The position numbers were made by a program, and so were the translations under genes. From Bispira polyomma (Eukaryota): a stretch of 64,000 nucleotides of DNA. Location: NCBI GenBank assembly GCA_965649765.1, contig OZ287748.1:62682001-62746000 (forward strand). Reading direction: 5' to 3'. The notes beneath the pieces are model-generated. The model searched no databases. It saw nothing but the letters and a program-made list of their open reading frames with translations, and had not been told where the DNA came from. Within the stretch, counting starts at the first letter, position 1; each line of letters opens with the position of its first letter. Positions 49,233 to 61,000 of the stretch are shown one piece after another.

Positions 49233-50286
49233 CAGGAGTTCCAATATATCTACTTAAGCAGATTTTCTAATTAACAGGGTAGATTATACAGGAGAATAAC
49301 AATGTGGGACTACAAATGATTCTTCACATGAAAGGGGATATACTTATACAGTATTCTTCTTAAAAGGGTTTAATTGTAGCTCACTAGCATTTCACTTGTC
49401 TAATGATTTGCAGCATTTTAATTTTTAATGTTTGTAAGCTACGTTTAATTGTATAGAAGTTGTTTCTGTTGTTATTATATTTACCAATTAAAATTCTACT
49501 TTTTCGCATCACATATCCGTGTCTAAATTCTCACAGGAATCATATGATTTTACTACTCAGAAATGATTTGTTGTTTTGAACCTAGATTACAATTACATGT
49601 ATATACATGTAACATGATTTTAGGGATCATGTGACTGTTTTAATAATGCCTAAGAGTCATGTTACCAAAATCATTTAACTGTTTTAATAACGCCTTAGAG
49701 TCATACTGCTAAAGTATTATCACCAGAGATATACATAATAACAAACAACTTTTAAAATGCACTCTAGACTTATATAATGTCCAATCTTTAATGTGCAAAA
49801 GCTGACATCTGTCAGCAAATTATGGCTGGCACGTGGGAATTACTACAAGTTCTACCTGGTTTTTACAAGTTGAAAGACATTATTTTTCTCTCTTATTAAA
49901 TATTATTGATTTAAACACATGTAGCTAAACATTCCTGGCATAGACGAATACAAAGGTAAAACAAATGTCTCGTTAAAGCTAACAGACAGCATAAGGCTAA
50001 TAGAAATGCTTGTGTGAACTCAATGAATCAGAAAAGATAAATCTTCTAACAGCAGACTAACAGAGACATTGCATGTAAGTCCACACATCTGTTACAGTAG
50101 CTGAAAGATAACACTTCATACCCACTGAGCAGGTTTGCAACTTAATAACAGTACATAATGCACAAAGTCTATGAACCATGCTCTGCAATTACCGGTAGTT
50201 TTCTTTATTTCTTTCTGTTTGACAGAACAGCAAAATAATAACCATATGTTTAAAGCATGATGCTTAAGTTTAAAGCTATAACTAAA

Positions 50287-50639
50287 TTAAGCCTTTTAAC
50301 ATCTGGGAGAAAACTGCTGCTGATAACTGAAGGAAATATTTTGGCAATAGGTTACAGATAGCTGAAGTGACTAAAACACACACCACAAACTACTTCTGGC
50401 ATTAAATAACAAGTTCACATCAAAAATTAAACACAGGAAAGTCTCTGCTGTACAGACAATTTTCTACTGCGAGGAACTGACGGAAAATAAAAAAAATTTT
50501 GGGGTGTGTAGACTGCTTGCCGACAGACATAGGTTCTGAGAGTAACAATTTCCATAGGCTGCTTGCCGACAGACATAGGTTCTGGGAGTAACAATTCCCG
50601 TAGGCTGCTTGCCGACAACATAGGTCTCGAAAGGGTTAA
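50287..50639 (+). mobile_element. piggyBac-like MITE (empty-site paralog of 44602-45257) with about 46-bp subterminal tandem repeats
   Basis: Ends CGAAAGGG|TTAA; ctgcttgccgacagacataggttctg(a/g)gagtaacaatt occurs about 2.5 times. Confidence 0.75.
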
Positions 50640-51167
50640 GTATTATCTTATATTTAATACATGATATATACAATGAAAAGTTTTTGGCAGAACTGCGCAA
50701 ACTCTGATTCGGTATGATGTAGCATTGGCATATTGCAGTACCAACAATGTGTTTGTTGTGCTTAATATTTGCCCATGCTAACTGGAAATCCTGCTTATTT
50801 AAGGTAGAACATCCCTTGATTTTCCAGTTGATTGAATTTTATTTGAACATAAGTCAACGTATAGTGTCTTAGAATAGTGTCTCAATTATGACTGTCAAAA
50901 ATTTTAATAGACGCCAAAAACTTTCCACAGTGAACCATGCACAGTAGAGCCTCTGTTATCCAAACATTCAGGGAAAGCAAGATTTTGTAGAATAGGATAG
51001 GCCTTTTAGTAAAAAAACATCAGGAAAATGTTAAGTAGTAGAGGGAAAATATGTTCATAAAATCAAATAATCGGAAAATAGAAATTCAGATAATTGAAGT
51101 CCTACTTTATCATATGCTAGATATAATTTGTATTGTAATGTAAAGGTATTATCATGCCTTTTGCTCC

Positions 51168-51476
51168 TTTTTGACATTAACATGCATGCTTTAATCCCAT
51201 TTTTTTAAATCTATGGCTGTTATGAGGATTTTTAAAAATCTATATTGTTTGACATTTATTACCTCATCACCTACCCAAACGTCGTACATGACATATCCAT
51301 CGACCTACATACAGAGCCATCTTTTTTGACATAAACATGCATGCTTTAATCCCATTTTTTTAAATCTATGGCTGTTATGAGGATTTTTAAAAGTCGATAT
51401 TGTTTGACATTTATTACCTCATCACCTACCCAAACGTACATGACATATACATCGACCTACATACAAAGCCATCTTG
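51168..51476. repeat. Tandem duplication, 2 x about 154 bp, very high identity
   Basis: acatgcatgctttaatcccattttttt(t)aaatctatggctgttatgaggatttttaaaa...cctcatcacctacccaaacgt occurs twice. Confidence 0.93.
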
Positions 51477-53799
51477 TTCTGGTTTGTAGTGTCCATTAAA
51501 TTACACCCAAAACATCCCTACACCTTCTGGCACCTTTAGTTCCACTAGTCACTCATAATGAAAGTAAATTACAGAAGTGCCAAACAGCAATATCAGCGAG
51601 GAAGATGAAGTGTAACCTCTGGTTGTGTATACAATGCTTGTATATAATTGTTGGTGAGTATATTACCACACCAACCCATCAATAGGAAAGGTCCTGAAGA
51701 CCACCACACCTGGCAGCATGGAATGTACTCAAAAGCCTTTTAAGCCTCAATCATACACTCACATATTAAGAGAGAAAGAACTTAACCTGTTAAGACTGGT
51801 ACATCTGTATAGTCTATTGCAATCTCTTATAAGCGATGGTAAAGGAAGTGTTGCTAGAGTTTTGAGGTTATTTTTGTATATTTTTGAACAAGCAAAACCA
51901 AATTATACGCCATGTCATTTTTGGAAACATAAAGGAAGATCAAATAAAATATGGAAGAAAAAAAAATTGAGGGAACAATAAGTAGGAACCATGTTTAAAT
52001 TATAATGCTCTAACTTTAAGTTAATTATCACCAGCATGCTCCCACTTTAAGTTAATTAATCCATCATTGAGTATATTTACCTGGTAGCATGGAATGTACT
52101 AAGAACCTTTGAAAACCTTTAGGATTCCAAAGCTTAAAATACTGATAGGTCAAGTAAAATGCCAGAAGGGACATGTATATGGGTTTTTTCTTGTCCTTTA
52201 CACAATAGGATCTTGATCCCCAATATTATATACCCAATTCTTTGTCATCTTTGGACATGATTTATAAGTATATAAAAGTGTTAGAGGTCACAGGCTGCCC
52301 TATATTTACAATAAACCCGACACAAAAAGTCTTGCCCATCTTTTAAAAGTAACATTTTATTGTAAAAGAAATGAATCAAATTTTTTCAGTGTAAGTTACT
52401 TGATATAGACCGGAAGTGCGCATTGAGCGCAAATGTTGCCAGTGTGCAAGTTGTAGTCGTTGTCTATCTGGGCGAATAGATTACGGCTACGAAAATAAAG
52501 TAATACGACAGAAATAGTTCGCAGTAAGTTTGAAAATATCCTATTATTTGCTTTAAAATATACTATAACCTGACTTTGTAACAGAAATAAAATCATCGAG
52601 CTTGTACTTTGTTGACAATTAAACATTAGGACAGCCTTCCAGCATAATGCACTAGGGTCTATTGGCCCTAGTCCATTTAATTCCAACCCTAAAGCTATCT
52701 TTAAGTCTAATCACCAACAAAGTATGTGTTTTCAGGCTTTAGTTCTACAGTAATGATGTAATCTATTTTCATACATTTAAAGAACAATAAATCAACACTA
52801 CTTAAAACACAGAAGGTCATTCAATGTGTCATTTCGATACAACATAAAAATTAAAAGAAAACAAAATGGCTGGACTGTTGGAAATATGTAAGAGTTTATA
52901 TCTAGATAATTTGTGCTGACTGACCTTAAGGTGGGGCGAGTAAGAATCTCCGAGTTAACTACTACAATCGTTTACTTCAGAAGAAAAAAAGAAAAATGCC
53001 AGTATAAATGAGGTTGTGACATTAGCAGTATGAAGTAGAATGGATGTTTTGTGCTGGAGTATATTAACACAACAGCCGAATAATAAACAAAAATATGAAT
53101 ATTTTTGTGTATAACAGAAAGCAGATATGATGTACACAGCAGCTTAGAAAGATGCAGCTCACTTAAGTTTTTTTCTCTTAGTAAGATGTATCATTGGATA
53201 CATAACAGTAAAGTGGTTTCTGACTTTTTACAGGAAGCAGGTGTAACGTGACTTCAATTTACTGCAAACCCCTAAAGTCACTGTTTGAATTATATTTGAC
53301 CATTAGCTGTTATGCATTTTTGGCATTTGAATATATAATAGCGTTACTCTATGAGTTTAGAGTAAAAAATAAATATTTCTGGTACATGTACATTACTTCT
53401 TTAGAGGATATAGACTAATATTATTGATGTCTTTAAAAAAGGCACTATATCATCAATTTTTAAGGGTATTTTCTGCGTGTAACACTATCTATATAAAGTT
53501 ATCATAATTGATGTTTGTCAATGGGTTATTCATCATCTATTTTCAGTGATATTTCCACAGATAATGAATGCAAGCTGCGGAAAAGATTTAGCCATAAATA
53601 ACGGCAATTACAAATATTTATTGACGATTACATCTTTATCATATTTTTTTTCTTGCAGAAAGCAGACAAACTGTCTGTTGTTGATATGATATGATAGATT
53701 TTTAACGCAGTTAATTGATGCCAGGCATCTTTTAAAGCACACCATCAACATGTACACATAATGTTACTAAACACTTTTGACTGTTCCGGAATGTTGAAG

Positions 53800-54100
53800 A
53801 GGCAACTGTGTCCTAGTAGGTAACACACTCGCTTAGGAATACAGAGCACCTGAGTTTAATCCCAGACTGGGGCTCCCAGGTACAGGTAGATATACCTTAA
53901 AGTGCCTCAAATTACCAATTCAAATGATGATACTCTGTCATCGGGACCTATCCCTATAAAGTGGCAGGTTAAAAAATTAACCTTAGGGATATTGATAAAT
54001 GGTCAACCTCAAGCCTTCAGTTAAAGGAACGTCAGTTACGGATGGTGGTTGGATGTACTTGGGCAGTCAAGAAAAGTATAATCTACACTTTGAATACCAG
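53800..54100 (+). mobile_element. tRNA-derived SINE family 2 copy
   Basis: gtgtcctagtaggtaac (A-box-like) and gagtttaatccc (B-box-like); body shared with 43070-43320 and 2480-2695. Confidence 0.65.
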
Positions 54101-54106
54101 ATAATA

Positions 54107-54494
54107 GTCTATAAATGCAATGAGTATAAATCTGAATACTAACTGGTTTTAATACTGTCCTTGATTTCTTACTAAAATATAAAGTGGTCTCTGGTTGACC
54201 TGTTACCATGTGGGTTTTTCTGTGATTATAGCAGAGCCTGTATTCTGATATTAAAACTCAAGGTCAAAGTCACACTCCACTCCGATAAAGGTTATATAGC
54301 AGATTAACAGTCCCTATATAGGGAAATAAGCTACATGTGTAACCATTGTTTTTAGAACAGCTTTCAGCCCTGAATTCAAATATGCAGTCAGATTTTACGT
54401 AACTAGCTCACTTTTTGCCAGAGGTACAGTAAGAAATCAAGGACAGTATTAAAAGCAGTTAGTATTCCGATTTATACTCATTGCATTTATAGAC
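54107..54494. repeat. 67-bp inverted duplication (54107-54173 / 54428-54494), 2 mismatches
   Basis: gtctataaatgcaatgagtataaatc(t/g)gaatactaactg(g/c)ttttaatactgtccttgatttcttact and its reverse complement. Confidence 0.93.
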
Positions 54495-54626
54495 GGTTAA
54501 ACTCAAGGTCAAACATATAGTTAATTCAGTGTTCAAATATGCAGTCAAATTTAACTAACTGACTCTCTTTTTGCAAGAGATAGATATATGTGGACCTTAG
54601 ATTTGAAGCCAAAACTGAGTTTAGGT

Positions 54627-55015
54627 TAGGGGTGGGACAGGGGCAAAAAACTGCTTCGAGTGCTTAAGCTCGGAAACCCGACTCGAATTTGGGTACTCAC
54701 GAGGTTTAGTATTTACCAATTGGAAACACCAGAAACAAATATGGCCGTTTCCCGTAGCGATGTTTTTGTGAAAAAACGTCTGATATTTTAAAAAATAGCA
54801 AAAATATGGAATAAAATGTAGGTTATTAGACCAAATCTAAAGTATTACTTTTTTTAAGTAGGTCAAAAGGTGCAAATGTTAATATTTTATGTATCTGTTA
54901 TATATCGTGAGCGATAATCCGCTATAATAGCGAGTAGTCGAGTGGGGAAAATGGACTTGATTCCTTGTAAAAATGGGCTCATACAGCGAGTGTTGAGCCC
55001 TCGGTCGCATCCTTA
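54627..55015. mobile_element. hAT-like element with a perfect 8-bp TSD GTTTAGGT, nested in a family X MITE (about 54235-55045)
   Basis: GTTTAGGT|TAGGGGTGGGAC...GTCGCATCCTTA|GTTTAGGT (54619-54626, 55016-55023); ctcga/cgagt-rich subtermini. Confidence 0.82.
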
Positions 55016-55196
55016 GTTTAGGTTGATATTTTTGGTGAATATGGCCAGTGGTTTATGAACCAGCTATCATAAAAATGTACTATATGCTCAAACAGAAAGT
55101 ACATGTATATTTCCTTACATAACAGTCTTGCCATTGGTATACACACAGAATGACAATTGGTTACTCTAGTTAGTAGTTTAAATCCAAAATACTCAC

Positions 55197-55404
55197 TGCT
55201 TTCCTCCACTGTACAGATCCATATCCAGAAAGGTGAAGCGGATCCTTTGTCCCACAACACCTTGCAGTTTGTAGTAACAGAAGATGTCATCTGGATACAC
55301 TCCGGGGTAGGTTGGTGACAGAAGAATCCCTGTTGGCAGTCCAGCACCATGGACAGTCTGACCACAGAAGTTTGTAGGATCCGGAGTCCCAACTACATAT
55401 TTGG
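55197..55404 (-). CDS. Exon (208 nt, phase 1-2): first half of CUB-a (FCGQTVHGAGLPTGILLSPTYPGVYPDDIFCYYKLQG...DMDLYSGGK)
   Basis: Acceptor ctattttag| and donor CA|GTGAGT; CUB motif SPTYPGVYP...C; overlaps ORF 55193..55417. Confidence 0.92.
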
Positions 55405-57852
55405 CTAAAATAGACAAAAAATACTAAAATTACTAGTCAAACCTATTCAATTTACCACCTGTCCTAATACTGCACCTATTGCACCCTTACCCTTCCATAT
55501 TAAAAAGCCTTTCAGTGTATATAAAGACAAGTTATGTTATGATCCTCTTACTAGTTTCTCTATTACAGGGTACCGTACTTGTGTCTTGGGAAAAGAAAAA
55601 AGTTTTGAGATTATATGGCATAGGTATACACATGTCGGATCTTAGGGAACATTTCAATGATAATAGAATGGCTATAGAGTTATATGTACATGATTTCAGG
55701 AACAGTAGTGAAAACTATGTGATCCCCCAATAAAATTTCCCCTTAGGTAACCACAGATACATGATACATTTGATAATAATATTCATTATACAATAAATAT
55801 TGTAAAATTATACTCAATGACATGGAATCTACAAGGATATATATTTGATTACCAGGGCACATTTTCTTTTCTTTGATGGTGTACAAAAAAAGAAAATTAC
55901 AGTGAAAAGAAGTGCCCAAAAGACATTTAGATGTAGACCACTGGATGTTTTATTTGGCCAGCCAGTCACATACATAGATGGAATGTGTCTTTAATGGTAC
56001 AATCCTGTTCAACTGATTTAGCTATACTTTGTCTCTTTCTAGTGAAACTACAGTGCCTTGAAGGTCAACCAATGTCTGAAAATTAATGAAACCTACTGGT
56101 ACTCAATTTATAGTTTTCTTTCTTAATGGCAACTCTGCTGCTAAAAATAGAACCTTCTGCCCAGACACTTAAAGACAATGGGTTTAGCTCTAGTCAGTCT
56201 AAAACTTAGTAGAAAATTAGTATTGAAAACTTTAAAAATTGATATAAGGTTGCAAAAAATGGATCCAATATATTTGCAGCACTATTCTGGTTCTTGCATT
56301 GCCTGTATTAGTTGATTCCTATTCTTGAATTTTATGTCGCAACCTATTTGATTGGCTGAAAACATTGCTTCAAACAATCTGACTAAGAGTCTAAGAATTA
56401 CATTCTAACAATGTTTGTGAATACAGACCCTGTTTCTAGCTTAATTAAAGAAGGATTAGTTTGGATAAAATTTATTTATTTAAGGCAAATGACTGTTCAT
56501 GCTTAATAATAGCTCCTAAAGCTCTGTAGTCAATGTTTCTATGTCAGCAATGGGCAACTGCAATCAGCAGATGTTCGACGGCAATTTTGTGTTTTCACTA
56601 CCTGCAGCAAAAAAATGTCTTCCATTGCCTAATACCTATTGGTGTTGCTCACATGGACACAGATACTTATAAATCAATAAAACCTATAAAATTATCGTCA
56701 GCTATTCGGCTAAGAAAATTGCAAGGAGTTTTTAAAAATCTCTGGCGACTGTAAAGTAGATGCTGTAATATATATTCACACATTTAAATTCTCTCAAGAA
56801 AACAACTGCCTACTAGATAAAAGTGTTCCTGTTTGTTTACGTTATCATTTGCCCCAATTACCAATACTTGCATGAGAATTTTATAGCTAACCTAATAAAT
56901 CATTTGATTTACTCCAGGACACCCAAACAAAATTTCAAGTGAACATAATAAAATTAAAGGGTTTTACGTTAGGGATAACCTGTAATATGAGAGCGTGGTC
57001 TGAAGTTTCAAATTTTAACTATATTTTACTAAAAATTGGTCATGAGCTGTTACAAAATAGTGTGATCTGAAAGATTTTCCACTATATTCTGTATAACTGT
57101 AATAGCAACTACATGTAATAAAATGTGACTTCACTATGTGAGTACACACACCATCATCAAAACTTGTCCACTTTTTTTGAGCTGCTTAAATATCAGCACA
57201 AATTTTAAATACTTGGTAATTTTGAGTGATAACTGTTTGTAGTAAAGTAAATCTGTCTTTTGGGGGATATTGTATTGTAGCAGAACATTAAGATAAACAT
57301 TTTAGGAGAGGCTACACAAAAGTGGACGAGTTTACGACATTGGACAAGATTATGACAACCTATGTGTACCACAGAAAATGCAGTTGTGATTATATCTGCC
57401 CAGTACAGATGGCATAAATAGGTGTATATTGCCATTTATGACAGATACCGTAAAAAAACTCACTCATGACAGAGGAGACGTAACAATTATTGCTTTCATT
57501 TAACTCTATAAAAGTACAAATAACATGAAGCTTTTTATATAGGACTAAATTGGTCGATAATAAAAAAGCACTATGTTTATATACAATCTAGGTCTTATAA
57601 CATCACAGAGACAGGCAATACAAAAATTAAAGTAAGTGGTTTACGGATTCTAAAATAACACATTAGCACTTAGTAATATAAATGGTAACTTTATCATAAA
57701 TTAAATAGATCTAACTTACAGTGAAAAAGGCTGAAAAAATTAATATCACATGTAATCTAACAATATAGCATTTTACTCTCTGATTAAAGTTTTAAAGCAA
57801 AATCTTTTTAATCCAATCTAACATTCATGGATCATTTCTCAAATATTTACTC

Positions 57853-58035
57853 TTAAAGAATCGACCATTGCTAAAAAGTTGAGTGCAAAACAATTTTGGT
57901 TCAAGTTCCATGTTCAAAATTTTGATTTAGACTGAAACATGTTGGTACACATACTGCTTCCATCAGTAAATTTACTTATTTTCATTTTCCAAATGTGAAA
58001 AGTCCTTAAACTGTGATTCTAATGACATCCTTTAA
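57853..58035 (+). mobile_element. TTAAAG...CTTTAA (Kolobok-like) MITE; related copy at about 8508-8890
   Basis: Shared tgttcaaaat.ttgattt.gactga.a.atgttggtacac..atactgcttccatca core; TTAA-AG / CT-TTAA ends. Confidence 0.5.
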
Positions 58036-61000
58036 AATACACTTTATTGATTGTTAACAAATATGTACTAATAGGTACATGTCAGCATTCTCTCTTTGTA
58101 AATACAGTTATCAATGTCCCAAAGAACCCTAACCTACTTTAATTAAACGCCCAACACCCAATATAACATAGTTATATTAATATGTATGTCTCATATTCCA
58201 TTAATTTTATGGTATTTTTTTATGACATTAACACGTGTACACTTTTTAAAAATACAAAACACTTTTTTTCAATGAAAAACTCTGAATATCATCAGCTGGC
58301 AATTAGAAGACTTTAATTATGCTGACATTTTTCTAGGTTGCGCTTTCCTTTCTTTTATTGACTTTTTCCAATACTTTAAGTATTCATCATTTCCATCAAT
58401 GCGCACTCTTAAGCTTCAACAAATAATTCCCAGTTCATTTTTTTTTAGATTTTTTTACAGTTTAGTAATAGTTATAGATTTTTACCCCTTATTTGACATT
58501 TTTTTGAGATGAGTGCCAGGTGTCACCAGGGTAATTTCTCACACATTGTAAGACAGATGACAGTGTCAAACAGTCATTATACAATAGGCGTCAAGTGTCA
58601 CAAAACCAATATTATTTGCTTCATTTATAACAAAAAAAATCCTTTGAGAGAGATGAAAGCTTTAATTGATTTTGAGAGTTAATTATGAGTGAAGCCTTTT
58701 ATTGGTTGAAAAATATTAAACTTAGTTGTTGTATTTTTTTGTCCAGTTCCTTCAGAAAATGCATTTGAGAATGATAAATATGCACATGTAGTTTGATCTG
58801 AATTACAGCAAGGTTTTGCAGTACTAATCACAAAGTTATAATAAAACAGTCCGATTAATGCCATGGGGAAGAAAAAAAAAAGGGAAATTTTGGGACAACA
58901 ATTAATTCATTGCATTTATTTAAAGTGGAGTGCTCAATAATAAAAGCCTGCACTAAAACTGAAATCACAAAATTTAATCAAAACCTGGTTACTGTTGCTA
59001 CAGCTATAGCTACATGCATGCATGTATAATTTCCTCAAATCATCCATGAATTTAATACAATAATTCCTGCTACTTAATTTCTGCCTGATGTTTTATATAA
59101 TCATTTCTTCCAAAAAGAAAACACAAGAAAAAACGCAATAATACACCATGTGCAAATGACTGAAAATTTGAACCAAAAATAAGAGAAGATCAGTTCAGCT
59201 AACATATTTGTTTTAGGGAGGTTACAATAGAGATTTGGTGAATTGATCATGCATTATAAAATGTATATATTAGGTAATTGTTTATTGATTTTGTAATCAG
59301 ACTCTACTTAATCTCTCTGAGGGCACATTCTCTTCATCTTAAGCTTCTACGGGACACCACAATTTCTGGGATCTTATTTGTTATTCTATACTTTGGCCTT
59401 TTGTGACTTTGACTTCTACAAACTGATTGTCAACAGTGATTTCTGTGAGTTACAAACCTCATTATTGTAAGCTGGATATCAAATATATATATACATGTAT
59501 ATATATATTTGTTAATATTGTAGTAGACATAGATACATATAAAAATGTGTCTTTCAACCTGTTGTGTAGAAATTACAAGTATTCTCATTTTAAAATTATT
59601 ATTATTATGTAATATTTAAATAAAGAAAGTTTATAAGATCAAAGTGCTTTACAATGCATTAGTTATAGAGCAACTAAAAATACAAGTAAAAGTGACAATT
59701 GTTATCCCATAGTTTTACAAATTAATAATCAAACACCCAGTCTCAGAGGCTTTCATGTCAGTTTTAACGATCAAGTGTTAATGGTGTGTAAAAGTTATAA
59801 TACACAGGAACAATATTTACCTTTCCTCAGGGTTTAACAACGCAATATTGTCAGAAATGTGATTTAAGATATAACAGTAAAAGTGTTTTCTTTCAGACTT
59901 GTGAGTATCACAACTGAACAAATTGTAGGTCATCTTCAAATTATTCTGACACACAGCACATGTTCTTTATAAAAAACCTTTCTTGTTAAATTTTTTCGCA
60001 GATCTTAACTTAGCCGTTATCAATTGTTGATAGCTTCATTACTACATGTATTAAGTAAAATCCTCAATTCTCAAAACTTGTTAAAATTTAACATCATTTT
60101 TTTATAATTTAATAATGGTTTATTTGTCTGTACATTTTACATACATTTCACAAAGTGATAATGTTACGTAAACAAAACTGGTATAGTAATTACTTTACTA
60201 ATTTAGTAAATAAGGACCTGGTATCAAGATAAATAGTTTACCCATGTCTACACTTCAGCTTTAATACTTTTCCCAAGCCCTAATTGGTAAATAGGGTTAG
60301 GGAGAACCGAGGCAATTTGGTGAATTTAATTGATGATTACAACATTTCCTCATTTGTTTGCAACCCTGAACTCAAAGCCCTGGACAAATTTTACCAGATG
60401 CAGCAGAGGAATTTTTTTAACCCCCTCACATAACTAACCCCCCCCCCCCACCTCACCCTAACTCAGACAAAAGTTATTGACATCCTTGCCTCTTCTTCTA
60501 GTAAAACGGCTGATATTCTTTGTATATTTTTGTAGGGTAAATCTATCTGTATTCTTTTCTGTTTAATTTATTTGGGTTTAATGTCACTTTCAACATACTT
60601 TAGTGTCTCTTATCTACAAATGGACAGTTGACTGGTGGAGTAAATTGGAAGAGGGCGAAAGTTGGTTATGTAAGGCCTGCAAACCACCAGCCTTTAACAT
60701 GTGTACTGCAAACTTTCCCGGGCCACAAGAAAGTCCTGAGATTGAAACACACGGTGGCATATGTGAGAGGCAATAATGTTACCACTACATCACTGAGGTC
60801 TTTCTTTTGTGTATAATAACAATATTTAACAATGCATCTAATTGTGAGCCCCACCTGAATACCAAACAATACCAATAAACAAGAACTTATTCATCCAAAA
60901 ATTAAGATATACCCCCTGCTAATATAAATAAAGTTATAGGATCATAAACCCACAAAAAAGTCAGAGCTATTTTATTCTGGTCCAAAGATAATTGGCCAAA

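Larger units (their letters stand above)
3865..55404 (-). other. Multi-exon gene (5'-incomplete): multi-CUB + LDLa + TM type I membrane protein (LEV-10/SOL-1/Neto-like architecture; such genes are often auto-annotated cubilin-like or tolloid-like)
   Basis: 12 exons joined by hand with GT..AG sites and matching phases: 55404-55197, 48871-48743, 42886-42756, 41995-41960, 33838-33655, 28747-28554, 24544-24340, 15232-15015, 14243-14073, 8321-8183, 6923-6847, 4256-3865. They give one open frame with four CUB repeats (SPxYP..Y...C, C..DY, YCG, GF motifs), an LDLa, a hydrophobic helix and a stop. Confidence 0.92.

Noticed and set aside
13873-55392. Antisense and alternative-frame ORFs over exons (13873..14199, 24192..24461, 24320..24619, 28478..28723, 33615..33842, 55018..55392)
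   Set aside because: Shadows of the GC-richer true exons; no independent coding signal
3865-55404. Assigning a gene symbol (sol-1, lev-10, Neto, CUBN)
   Set aside because: The architecture is shared by several families and the N-terminus is missing; orthology needs a phylogeny
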